A DNA stretch of 64,000 bases. Origin: an uncultured Actinomycetes bacterium (GTDB lineage Bacteria > Actinomycetota > Thermoleophilia > RBG-16-64-13). The stretch covers positions 704,001-768,000 of the forward strand of contig CAVPLM010000005.1 of assembly GCA_963706025.1 (NCBI GenBank). Direction: 5' to 3'. The translations under genes were made by a program, and so were the position numbers. Below, in pieces: positions 20,892 to 30,579 of this stretch (positions are counted from its first letter, which is position 1; every line of letters begins with the position of its first letter). A model generated the notes under the pieces. That model did not search any database, was not told the origin of the DNA, and saw only the letters and a list, made by a program, of their open reading frames with translations.

Positions 20892-21487
20892 CTAGTCTCC
20901 GCCCCGCAAGCCTTCCAGACCCTCTCTAAGCAGCCAGGGCACCATCAGCAATGCGGCCACCGGGTCGGCCCACCACCAGCCTGCGGCTGCGTTTAGCGTC
21001 AGACCGAGAAGAAGGGTGAGCGACAGATAGGCGCAGGCCAGGGTCTCCCTGGCTCGGCCCGCAGCGCGCCACTGCCCAGGCCGGCGGCCGTCCGCAGCTT
21101 GGCCCAGCCGAGAAGGGGCATGACCACAAGCGAAGCCGCCGCCAGAGCGATTCCCGCCAGGCTGCTCGCCGGGTGGTCGCCCGATACCAGGGTCACGACA
21201 GCCTGGACGCTCACATAGGCGGCCAGAGCGAGGAAGGTCAGCCCCACGAAGCGGTGGGCCCGCCGCTCGGCCGTCTCGATGCGCCCCGGGTCGTCCGACC
21301 TGCTCTCGACCCGCAGCCGCCACAACAGCACCGCTGCCGCCGCGCACTCGATGACACTGTCCAGCCCAAAGCCCAGGAGAGCGATGCTGCCGGCTTCCGT
21401 ACCCGCCCAGACGGCGACGACGGCCTCGATGACGTTGTAGGCGAGGGTGGCGCCTACCAGCCACAGGGCGCGTCGAACCAGCGTCAC
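20892..21487 (-). CDS. Cation-efflux (CDF-like) transmembrane protein (frameshift near 21050)
   Basis: [31 protein letters not shown]. Confidence 0.85.
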
Positions 21488-21488
21488 C

Positions 21489-22853
21489 TCAGTCGATCTC
21501 TCCGGCCAGGGCCTCGTAGCCGGGGCGTCCCATGAGGGCGTACGTGGCCTGCTTGCTCAGTTCCACTCCAGGCTGGTCGAAAGCGTCGACGTCGTACAGT
21601 TCGCCGGCGATCGCGGTCGCCATCTCCAGCAGGTAGATCAGGGCCCCCATCGAGAAGGCATCCACCCGCGGCAGCGTGATGGTCAGAGAGGGCCTGCCCT
21701 TCTGGGCCAACGCCCACGCTGTGGACCTCTGCTCGGCCCACAGCAACTCGGCCAGAGTGTGGCCGCCCAGGTAGGCCAGTGCCTCCTCCTCGGGACCCGG
21801 AGCGGGGATGGGCACGGTCTCGGCAAACTCCCCCACCCCCAGGAAAGTGATCACCTTGTCGTCCGGTCCCTCCGCGTAGAGCTGCAGCTGGGAGTGCTGG
21901 TCGGTTACGCCCAGCGCCTTGACGGGCAGAGGGCCCACGTTGACCTGGCGTCCCTGCCGGTCGACCGCTTTGCCCAGGCTCTCCGCCCACAACTGCCGGT
22001 ACCAGTCGGACAGGTCACGCAGGCGGGCTGAGTAGGGCATCATCACGCTGACTCTGCGTCCCAGATGGGTGTCCTCTAGGTACTGGACGCCGGCGAACGT
22101 GCAGGCCGGGTTGTCCCACCCCCCGGTGGCCCCGATCCACTGGGCCATATCCCGGGCCCCCGCGAGAAGCGCGCCCACGTCCATCCCGGTAAGCGCGGCC
22201 GGGAGCAATCCCACCGCGCTCAAGACTGAGAACCGCCCCCCCACACCGGGCGGCAGGTCGAACATGGGCACCCCCGAGGCGGCCCCGATCTTGCGCAGCA
22301 CACCGCCGGTCGGATCGGTGGTGAACACCAGATGGTCTTTGACCGCCGCCCCGCCCACAGCGGCCTCTAGACGCTCCCGGACCACCAGATAGCCCGCCAT
22401 CGACTCTCCCGTGGTCCCCGACTTGGAGATGACGTTTACCAGGGTCCGGCTGAGATCCAGACGACCGAGCACCGCCGCCGTCTCGTCGGGGTCGACGTTG
22501 TCGAGCACGTAGAGACGAGGCCTCTGACCGCGTTCGGCAGGGCTGAGCTCGTTGTAGTGGAAGGGTAGAAGGGCGGTGGCCAAGGCGGTGGTGCCCAGCG
22601 CCGATCCGCCGATACCGATGACGAGCAGGGAGTCGTACCTGCCTCGCCTTTCGTCCGCGAACGCCAGAAAGCCGGACGGGTCTCGGCGAGGGAGGTCCAT
22701 CCAGCCCAGCATCCCGGTCCCGGCGTTCTGGAGCAGCACCTTGCGGGCCTGCTGCAGGCGGGGCCGCAGTTCTTCCAGCATGGGGGGCGTCAGCCCCCGT
22801 TCTTGGCCCGGCCCGGCCATGCAACGCTCGATATCCAGCGACAGTCTGTCCAC
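21489..22853 (-). CDS. pgi: Glucose-6-phosphate isomerase
   Basis: IGIGGSALG, SKSGTT, GGRFSVLS, QLWAESLGK, DQHSQLQ, FDQPGVE. Confidence 0.96.
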   Translation of the reverse strand: MDRLSLDIERCMAGPGQERGLTPPMLEELRPRLQQARKVLLQNAGTGMLGWMDLPRRDPSGFLAFADERRGRYDSLLVIGIGGSALGTTALATALLPFHYNELSPAERGQRPRLYVLDNVDPDETAAVLGRLDLSRTLVNVISKSGTTGESMAGYLVVRERLEAAVGGAAVKDHLVFTTDPTGGVLRKIGAASGVPMFDLPPGVGGRFSVLSAVGLLPAALTGMDVGALLAGARDMAQWIGATGGWDNPACTFAGVQYLEDTHLGRRVSVMMPYSARLRDLSDWYRQLWAESLGKAVDRQGRQVNVGPLPVKALGVTDQHSQLQLYAEGPDDKVITFLGVGEFAETVPIPAPGPEEEALAYLGGHTLAELLWAEQRSTAWALAQKGRPSLTITLPRVDAFSMGALIYLLEMATAIAGELYDVDAFDQPGVELSKQATYALMGRPGYEALAGEID

Positions 22854-24128
22854 GACGTCTCCCCTTCTGCTCGGTCGTCTACTTCAGCCCCGTCGCGCTC
22901 CGCATCGCGAAGCGCCTCCTCCCAGCACCGCCAGATCTCCTCGTCGTAGCGCGTCTTCAGACTCGCCCAGTCGAAGCGGGACACCCACGTCCTCTGCCAG
23001 TCCTCCGACCAGGCCCGCGGCCGAGCCAACGCCCTGGCAAGAGCGGCTACCAGCTCACCTTCCCCGTAGAGCACGTCTTCATGCGCTTCAGCGGGGATCA
23101 TCTCCGGGTAGCTGAGTCGGCGGGGCAGGACCGGCCGGCACCCACAATACATGGCTTCCACCACCGCTATCCCGAAGAACTCGTGGACGGCCGTGGAGAC
23201 CACCACGTCGGACGCCCAGAGAAGAGCGGCGTAGTCAGTGGTCCGCGTCACTCTCCCCCACTGCACGATCTCGTCCGCCAGCTCTCGTCTGGCCCGCAAG
23301 AACTCGGCCGTCGGCGTGCCCTGGTTAGGCCCGGCCATCGCCAGCCGGAAGCGGACCCCGGAAGCCTTCAATTCGTACAGGGCGGCGAACAGGTCGGCCG
23401 GAGCCTTGTCGTACTCCCAGCGCTGGTTCCAGAGGATGAGGGGCCCGGCACCGGGATCGCCCCACCGCCCGGCGGCCGCCTGCGACAGGCGCCGCTGACC
23501 GGTGTCGGTCGAAGCGGCGCAGATCGCACCCCACGGGCAGGACGCGCGACTTCGCCTCCACCTGTTCAACGACCCAGTCGGGGATCTCGTCCGGCATCGC
23601 CTGCAGGAGTTCCGCGCAGGCCCGCAGGAAGTCCCGTCGGTGAAACTCGCTGTTGAAGAGCACCGTGTGGGCCGCCGCCGCGGACGTGAGGTTCTTGAAG
23701 CCGTAGCCCAGGTCGCGCTCCACCCCTGGTGGCAAAGGATAGGTGAGCTGATTCTCGTGGAAGTAAACGATCGCCGGCGCGCGGGCCACTCGAGGCCCAA
23801 CGGCTGACAGGAATACCGGCAGGTCGAGCATGTCCGAGGTGAAGAGGACGTCGGGGCCGCCGACACGCACGCCGCCATCAAGCGGACCGGCGTCCGGTGG
23901 ACCGGCGCCGGGCGACTCGAACGCGGATCCCCGATTACCCCCCTCGCTCACCCGGCGGGCCAGAGATAGAGCCCCCCCGTGCATCCGCCACTTCCAGTGG
24001 CGTCCAGGGAGGGTGAACAGCGTGAGGTGGTGCGCGGAATGCCGTGCCAGCCCCTCCAGGAAGTACTTGTGAGAGCCTCCGAAGTAGGGCTCGACCGCCC
24101 AGACCTTGAGTCTTGATTGTCGGTTCAC
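22790..24128 (-). CDS. DUF3524/GTDC1-like GT-B glycosyltransferase (frameshift near 23490)
   Basis: EPYFGGSH, LPGRHWKWRMHGG, YFHENQLTYP, FNSEFH, WNQRWEYDKAP, HEFFGIAVVEA. Confidence 0.87.
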
Positions 24129-24311
24129 AGCGCCGTCTCGTCTCCCGTCTGTCTTCGTCGGGCTCCAGCCGCCGCTCAGCCACAGGTCTCCCTCCACCCC
24201 GGGACCCCCCCGGCGGGGGATCCCTCCAGGGATCTCTGGCGGCTCTTGCACTGATTCTATATGCTGGCCCGGCCGGGGCACAGTGAACGCCGAGCAAGGG
24301 AGACGGGGACA

Positions 24312-25263
24312 ATGGTGAGGGAGATCGGCGGGCAGCGGCCGGCACGCCGCAAGCTGTCCCCTCTCATCGGGGCCCAGATCTCCACCGCCGGCGGCTTCGC
24401 GCCGGTCCCGGAGCGCGCGGTCGCGATCGGGGCCGAGGTGGTACAGGTCTTCTCCTCCAATCCTCGGACCTGGCACTCGCGTCCCCACTCTCCCGAGGAG
24501 ATCGCCGCCCTCACCGCCGGCTTGAAGCGGAACGGCCTGCCTCTGTTCCTTCATACGATCTATCTGCTCAACCTCGCCTCTCCGGACGAGGAGCTGCGCC
24601 GCCGCTCCGGCCAGGCGCTGTCCGAGGCGCTTGTTGTGGGTGCGCTTACGGCCGCGGCCGGGGTGGTCACCCATGTCGGCTCCCACCGAGGCGACGGTTT
24701 TGCGGCCGCCTTGCCGCGCGTCCGCGCGACAGTGCTGGCGGCCATCGACCGCGCCCAGGAGTCCCTATCGACGCAGGGCTACGAGCGGGCTCTCCCCCGG
24801 CTGCTTCTCGAGAACGGTGCCGGCTCGGGAGATACCGTGGGCGGTCAGTCTGGAGGAGTTGGCCGCGCTTCTGGAGACGCTTCCGTCGTCGTGCGGTCTC
24901 TGTCTCGATACTGCGCATCTCTTCGCGGCCGGCCATCCCGTGCACACCGGGGCGGGGCTGCAGGATCTGGTGGACCGGCTCCGCGACGACCGACTCCTGG
25001 ACCGGCTTGCCCTGATCCATCTCAACGATTCCAAGACGCCGTTCGCCTCGGGCCGCGACCAGCACGAGAACCCCGGTGAGGGCTACATCGGCAAGACCGG
25101 GCTGGCCCGGGTGGTCCGGCACCCGGCGTTCGCCTCCATCCCGTTCGTGCTGGAGGTGCCGGGCGAGAAGGGCCACGGACCGGACGCCGTCAACGTAGCC
25201 CGGGTGAAGCTAATGCGGCAGGGGGCGGGAGGCCGACCGAAACGGCCTGCTCTCGGCGCATGA
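24312..25263 (+). CDS. nfo: Endonuclease IV (frameshift near 24845)
   Basis: QVFSSNPR, HTIYLLNLAS, HVGS, LLENGAG, CLDTAH, HLNDSK, DQHE. Confidence 0.92.
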
Positions 25264-26113
25264 CGTCGAGCAACGCCAGCGTGACCGCGCCCGGCCTGCC
25301 GTCGCCCACGACGTACGGGCCGATCCGGACGGCCGGCTGGATGTCCCTGGTGGTAGACGATGTGAACACCTCACACCCGATGTTGGCAGCCGAGCCGTTC
25401 GGGACCGCGCTCACTTCCTCGAGGGTGAAGGGCCGCTCTTCGACCAGGTAGCCCAAGCGACGAGCGATCTCGAGCACGTGTTTGCGGGTGATTCCCGCCA
25501 GAATGCGATTGTCCAGAGGATGAGTGCGGATCGTGCCTCCCAGCACGGCAAAGACATTGGATGATCCCCCTTCGCGCACCACTCCCTCGGGACTCAGGAA
25601 GAGAGCCTCATGCGCCCCGGCCTCCCGAGCCGCTTCCTTGGCCAGTACCGAGGCCAGCAGGTTGGTGGACTTGATATCGCAGCGGGCCCAACGCTGGTCC
25701 TCCACAGGGTGGAGGATCGCTCCCGCCAGGATCTCGGAGACCCCGGGAGCGCGCTTGGTCCTCACATAGGCGAGTACGGTGGGATGCGGAGGATCGGGGA
25801 ACACGAATTCCCGCGGCGCCGGTCCGCGGGTCACCTGGACATACACGATGCCATCTGTCACTCCTGAACGCCTCACCAGATCGGGAAGAACCTGTTCGGG
25901 TGCATGGCCCTCCAGAGCCCCGAGGAGTCTCACGGCTTCGAGACTGCGGAGCAGCCGCTCAAGGTGGTCTTCGAGCCATATGAGCCGGCCGTTCATGACC
26001 TTGATCACCTCGTACACCCCGTCACCAAGCTGGAAGCCGCGGTCCTCCACGCCTATCCGACCTTCGGAGAGCGGCGTGAACCTGCCGTTCAAATAGAGCA
26101 TCTCATCGTCCAT
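25190..26113 (-). CDS. dat: D-amino-acid aminotransferase (class IV PLP)
   Basis: EDRGFQLGDGVYEV, YVQVTRG, RWARCDIKSTNLL, EGGSSN, ILAGITR. Confidence 0.88.
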   Translation of the reverse strand: MDDEMLYLNGRFTPLSEGRIGVEDRGFQLGDGVYEVIKVMNGRLIWLEDHLERLLRSLEAVRLLGALEGHAPEQVLPDLVRRSGVTDGIVYVQVTRGPAPREFVFPDPPHPTVLAYVRTKRAPGVSEILAGAILHPVEDQRWARCDIKSTNLLASVLAKEAAREAGAHEALFLSPEGVVREGGSSNVFAVLGGTIRTHPLDNRILAGITRKHVLEIARRLGYLVEERPFTLEEVSAVPNGSAANIGCEVFTSSTTRDIQPAVRIGPYVVGDGRPGAVTLALLDVMRREQAVSVGLPPPAALASPGLR

Positions 26114-26130
26114 CTGCTACCCTCACGTGC

Positions 26131-26610
26131 ATGATCGAGTACCGTCTAGCCTCCCACGGGGATACCTCTCAACTCCTCCCGCTCCTGGCTGAGATCATGG
26201 AGGATCATGGGGTATCGCCTCCCTCGACCGAGCGCCTCGAGGCCACCATCGAGACCGTATTGTCCTCCTCCGGTCATTCGCTTCTGGTGGCCGAATCCGA
26301 TGGCCGCCTGATAGGCATGTGCGCCCTCATCTTCTCTTACAGCACCTGGTCGAGTTCACTGGTGTGTGAGCTTCAAGACGTCGTGGTCACGGAAGCCTAC
26401 CGCCGGGAGCACGTGGGCCGGGATCTCGTGAGTGCGGCCGAATCTCTCGCCCGGGCGCGCGGCTGCAGCCGGCTCTTCCTCTTGGCCGAGGCCTGGAACC
26501 TTCAGGCCCACGCTTTCTACCGCAGTCTGGGACTGGCGGAGAAGACCTGCCTCTACTTCGAGCGCGCCCTTAGCGACCAGGAACCCGACCAGACAGGCGC
26601 CCTACCTTAG
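26131..26610 (+). CDS. GNAT acetyltransferase
   Basis: YSTW..LQDVVVTEAYRREHVGR..N..AHAFYRSLG. Confidence 0.85.
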   Translation: MIEYRLASHGDTSQLLPLLAEIMEDHGVSPPSTERLEATIETVLSSSGHSLLVAESDGRLIGMCALIFSYSTWSSSLVCELQDVVVTEAYRREHVGRDLVSAAESLARARGCSRLFLLAEAWNLQAHAFYRSLGLAEKTCLYFERALSDQEPDQTGALP

Positions 26611-27961
26611 GAACGGTGGGACCTCCAACTCATCGCCGGGACCGGTTGGTTCGCGCGGTTCTTGGCGAGAATCCTCCGAGGGGACAGGCTCGGAGGCGAC
26701 AGACTCGGGGGCGACACGCGGTGGCGTGGCCACACCGTAGGGATGATCGTGCCTCGTGGCGCTGACCACCTGCTCGGTCAGGACCTCTTCGCTGGTCGCG
26801 TCGAACCCGGCGGCGACCACCGTCACCCAGAGCGTGTCACCCAGAGCCTCATCCACGACTGCGCCGAAGATGATGTTGGCTTCAGGATCGGCAGCCACGT
26901 TGACGATCTCCGCCACCTCGTTGACCTCGTGCAGCGACAGGTCCTTTCCCCCGCTGATGTTCAGCAGTATTCCCCGCGCGCCCTCGATAGACGTCTCCAG
27001 CAAAGAGGAGTTGATCGCCATCTCCGCCGCTTTCTGAGCGCGCTGCTCGCCTCGGGCCCGGCCGATCCCCATGTGGGCCGTCCCCGCCCCGGTCATGATC
27101 GTGCGCACGTCGGCCGAGATCGAGGTTGATCAGCCCCGGCACGGTGACCAGGTCGCAGATGCCCTGCACGCCCTGGCGAAGCACGTCGTCGGCCAACCGC
27201 AAGGCCGCCACCATCGAGGTGCCCCTGTCGGCGACCTCGAGGAGCTTGTCGTTCGGGACCACGATGACCGTGTCGGCCTTCGACCGCAGGACGCGCACGC
27301 CCTCGAGAGCCTGCAGACCCCGACGCTTGCCCTCGAAGACGAAGGGCCGTGACACCACCCCGATGGTGAGCGCTCCCAGAGACTTCGCTATCTCGGCCAC
27401 CACCGGCGCGGCACCGGTGCCGGTGCCGCCCCCTTCCCCGGCCGTTATGAACACCATGTCGCTGCCCTTGAGCACAGCCTTGATCTCGTCGTAGGCGGCA
27501 GCGGCTGCTTCCCGTCCGACCTTAGGGTCGGAGCCTCCTCCCAGACCCTTGGTCAACTCCCGACCGATGCGCAACTTGTGGTCGGCCTCGCACATGTTGA
27601 GTGCCTGAGCATCGGTGTTGATGGCGATGAATTCCACCCCTTCGAGCCCGGCCTCGAGCATGCGATTGATGGCGTTGGTGCCCGCGCCCCCTACCCCAAC
27701 CACTCGAATGACAGCGGGAAAGCTGCGTGACGGCTGGATCAGGGTCCGTCGGCCTGCCGCCGGGTGGCTCGGCATGTCCCATGGGCTATCGACGGCTTGA
27801 GAATCCGTGCTCTCGGCACCGGTCTGATCCTCGGGCTGAGCTGCGACCTCAGCTTGGTCGTCAGTGGCGGCGGGGACTTCCTCGTCACCGGGCTTGCCCG
27901 CCTCCGTCGCCCTGAAGAGAGAGCTGAGGCCGCTGTCCTTCATGCTAGATCTTTTTTCCAT
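26602..27961 (-). CDS. ftsZ: Cell division protein FtsZ with ~80-aa N-terminal extension (single-base insertion near 27115)
   Basis: [36 protein letters not shown] across the indel, ANIIFGA, C-terminal ELEVPPFLR. Confidence 0.95.
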
Positions 27962-28703
27962 TGAGCACCTCTCTCGCAAGCTGGCGATACGCCTGGGCTG
28001 CCTTGCTGCCGGGCGCGTACTTGAGCACCGACTCCCCTTTGACCGGCGCCTCCGCGAACCTGATCGTCTTCGCGATGGTGGTCTCGAACACAAGATCGCC
28101 GAAGCTGTTCCTGAGCACCTCGACGGCCTCCCGCCCATGCACCGTCCGAGAATCGTACATAGTGGCCACGATCCCGGCAATATGGACCTCGGGGTTGAGA
28201 TTATCCCGGACCAGCTCAAGAGTCCGCTCCAACTGGGCCAGACCCCGCAACGACAGGTACTCGCATTGTACGGGAACGATCACGCCGTCGGCGGCGGTGA
28301 GCGCGTTGACGGTGAGCAAACCCAGAGAAGGAGGAGTGTCGATCATTATGTAGTCATAGCGATCGCCCACTTGGAGCAAGGCTTTGCTCAGCATCCTCTC
28401 CCTACCGATAAGCGAGCTGAGCGAGATCTCGGCCGCGGCCAGATCGATGCTCGACACCGCCACGTCAACCTCCCGGTGGACAAGCACCTCCTCGATGCTC
28501 ACCCCGTTGACCAGCACGTCGAACATGCTGGGTCGGGCGTCGTTGGGATTCAACCCCAAACTCATGGTCAGGTTGCCTTGGGGATCCATATCCACCGTGA
28601 GCACCCGGTATCCCAACTCCTGGAACGCCACGCCCAGATTGAGAGTGGTCGTGGTCTTTGCCACGCCGCCCTTCTGGTTCGCAAAGGCTACGACTTTGGC
28701 CAA
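27945..28703 (-). CDS. parA: ParA/Soj-family ATPase
   Basis: Deviant Walker A NQKGGVAKTTT, DMDPQGN, DTPPSLG, PVQCEY, EAP. Confidence 0.93.
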   Translation of the reverse strand: MAKVVAFANQKGGVAKTTTTLNLGVAFQELGYRVLTVDMDPQGNLTMSLGLNPNDARPSMFDVLVNGVSIEEVLVHREVDVAVSSIDLAAAEISLSSLIGRERMLSKALLQVGDRYDYIMIDTPPSLGLLTVNALTAADGVIVPVQCEYLSLRGLAQLERTLELVRDNLNPEVHIAGIVATMYDSRTVHGREAVEVLRNSFGDLVFETTIAKTIRFAEAPVKGESVLKYAPGSKAAQAYRQLAREVLNGKKI

Positions 28704-28724
28704 ATACCGCTCCCTTTGGTCTGG

Positions 28725-28890
28725 GAACTCGTTTCAGAATGAAGTCTCGGCCGCCTCATTCCGCGCTGGGCGGAGCGATCCATTTGTCCTTCAGTCGCGC
28801 CCGTAGCGCTGCTACGACCGCTCCCTCTAGTCCTCGCCTCACTCGCGCCGATCGCACCCTGTCGGCAAAGCGTCATTCCGAAACGAGCTC
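28725..28890 (-). ncRNA. Putative structured RNA (6S-like rod or 5' leader of parA-ftsZ)
   Basis: 18-bp closing stem (28890-28873 with 28742-28725) fully paired on the minus strand using two G-U pairs; inner GCGAUC/GAUCGC stem; central CGUAGC-AGC-GCUACG hairpin. Confidence 0.5.
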
Positions 28891-29036
28891 TAATAGCGAT
28901 TGCCTAGGTCTACTATGATTACCTTTTCGAGAGAGTTTCGAAAGAGAGCCTCGGAATCCTCCGTGCAAGAGCCGGCAGACGAGAACGAGCCGCCCCGATA
29001 TGCACCGTCACCTTGACTACTTCTTCGAACGAACGG

Positions 29037-30530
29037 CTAGCGCGCGACCGTCTCCAAACCCGATTTGAGGAAGCCCGAGGTCACCGATACGGGCGGCGCG
29101 TGTGAATCGGAGAAGTCCTTGAGCTCACGCAAGAAATCACGGTTCTCGCGCACGTGTTCCCAGGCACGGCTGATCAGGTATCCCTGCAACTGATGCTTGT
29201 GGTACATGGGGGCTTTGGGCCTGATGCTCAGGACGCGCCGCCCTTTGTAGAAACGCTTGTGAGCCTGAAGCAGTATCTCCTGCAACTCGAACGGGGTCAT
29301 CTGCTTGGGCCAGAACACCACGTGATGCCCATCGTAGAGGCTCCAGTTCTTGGTGAAGATGCGGCCTTCAGCCTCGAACTGAGCGGTCTGCCGAGTGCCC
29401 GGCAGGGGAGTCAAGGCCAGGAACTGAACGCTGTTGAGACCGTGCTGAGTGGCAAAGTCCGCCGTCTGTTGAAGTGATTCCGCGGTGTCGGAGTCGGCTC
29501 CGCACACGAACATGCCATGCGTCTTGATGCCTCTTTGCGCCAGTGCCTCCAGCCCACCGGCCATGTCGTCGATACTGGACTCCTTGTGGTACTCCTTGAG
29601 GGTAGCCGGATTGATGGATTCAAGCCCCAGATAGACGATCCGGCAGCCCGCACTCCAGAGCAGGTCCAGCAATTCCCGATCGACCTTGCCGTCTTTGTAC
29701 ACGGAATCGACCCGGATCTGAGCGAAGAACTCCACTTCCGCCTTCTCCCGGATCATCTGCGTCAGCAGTTCTTTGCCCCGCCGTTTGCTGATGAAGAAGT
29801 TGTCGTCGTAGAAGAAGAGCTTCTCCGGTTTCATCCGCTTGATCTGCCTGACGACCTCGGCCGGCTCGACTGTGCGCACCCGGCGGCCGAACATGAGGAC
29901 GACCGAGCAGAACTCACATCCGAACGGGCAACCGCGCGAGGCCAGGATGGGCGTGGGCTGCACCTGCTCGCCCCCCACCACCAGACTAATATCCGGCCAG
30001 GGTAGGTCGGTGAGGGAAGTGAGGAGAGGCCGGGAAGGGTTGTGTACGACCTGGCCGTGCTTGTCCCGATAGGTGAGACCCAGGATGGCCTCCAGCGACC
30101 CGCGGCCCTGGAGGTAGTCGACCAGCTCGACCAGGGCCCCTTCCCCTTCGTTGCGGATCACGTAGTCGCAGAAATCCATGGCCTCGTCGGCCAAGAAGGT
30201 CACGTGAGGCCCGCCCATGATCACCGGGACTCCCGCATCTCGCACCCGCTGCGCGTAGCGATAGGCGCGGACGGCCGTAGAAGTGGTGGTCGAGATTCCG
30301 ACCAGGTCCGAGGATAGGACGTCGTCCCAATCGACCTCGCTAAGGCTCTCCGCATAGATGCGCACCTGGTGGCCGCGCTGGGTCATCATGGCGCCCAGCA
30401 GCGGCAGACCCAGCCGGAGCTGCTTCACGAAACTGTATACATGGAAGCCGGGAGCGGCAGGTTCGATGAAGGTGATGCGCACGCCAACCTCGCAAATACT
30501 CGATTCATCGCGCGGGAAATATGGTAGCAC
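29037..30530 (-). CDS. B12-binding-domain radical SAM protein
   Basis: GGPHVT, SRGCPFGCEFC, DDNF, GLES, LTPLPGT. Confidence 0.92.
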   Translation of the reverse strand: MLPYFPRDESSICEVGVRITFIEPAAPGFHVYSFVKQLRLGLPLLGAMMTQRGHQVRIYAESLSEVDWDDVLSSDLVGISTTTSTAVRAYRYAQRVRDAGVPVIMGGPHVTFLADEAMDFCDYVIRNEGEGALVELVDYLQGRGSLEAILGLTYRDKHGQVVHNPSRPLLTSLTDLPWPDISLVVGGEQVQPTPILASRGCPFGCEFCSVVLMFGRRVRTVEPAEVVRQIKRMKPEKLFFYDDNFFISKRRGKELLTQMIREKAEVEFFAQIRVDSVYKDGKVDRELLDLLWSAGCRIVYLGLESINPATLKEYHKESSIDDMAGGLEALAQRGIKTHGMFVCGADSDTAESLQQTADFATQHGLNSVQFLALTPLPGTRQTAQFEAEGRIFTKNWSLYDGHHVVFWPKQMTPFELQEILLQAHKRFYKGRRVLSIRPKAPMYHKHQLQGYLISRAWEHVRENRDFLRELKDFSDSHAPPVSVTSGFLKSGLETVAR

Positions 30531-30579
30531 AAGCCTCCTGCCGCTCTTCCCCCGCCCCGCCTTGAGTCCCCCCCGACTT

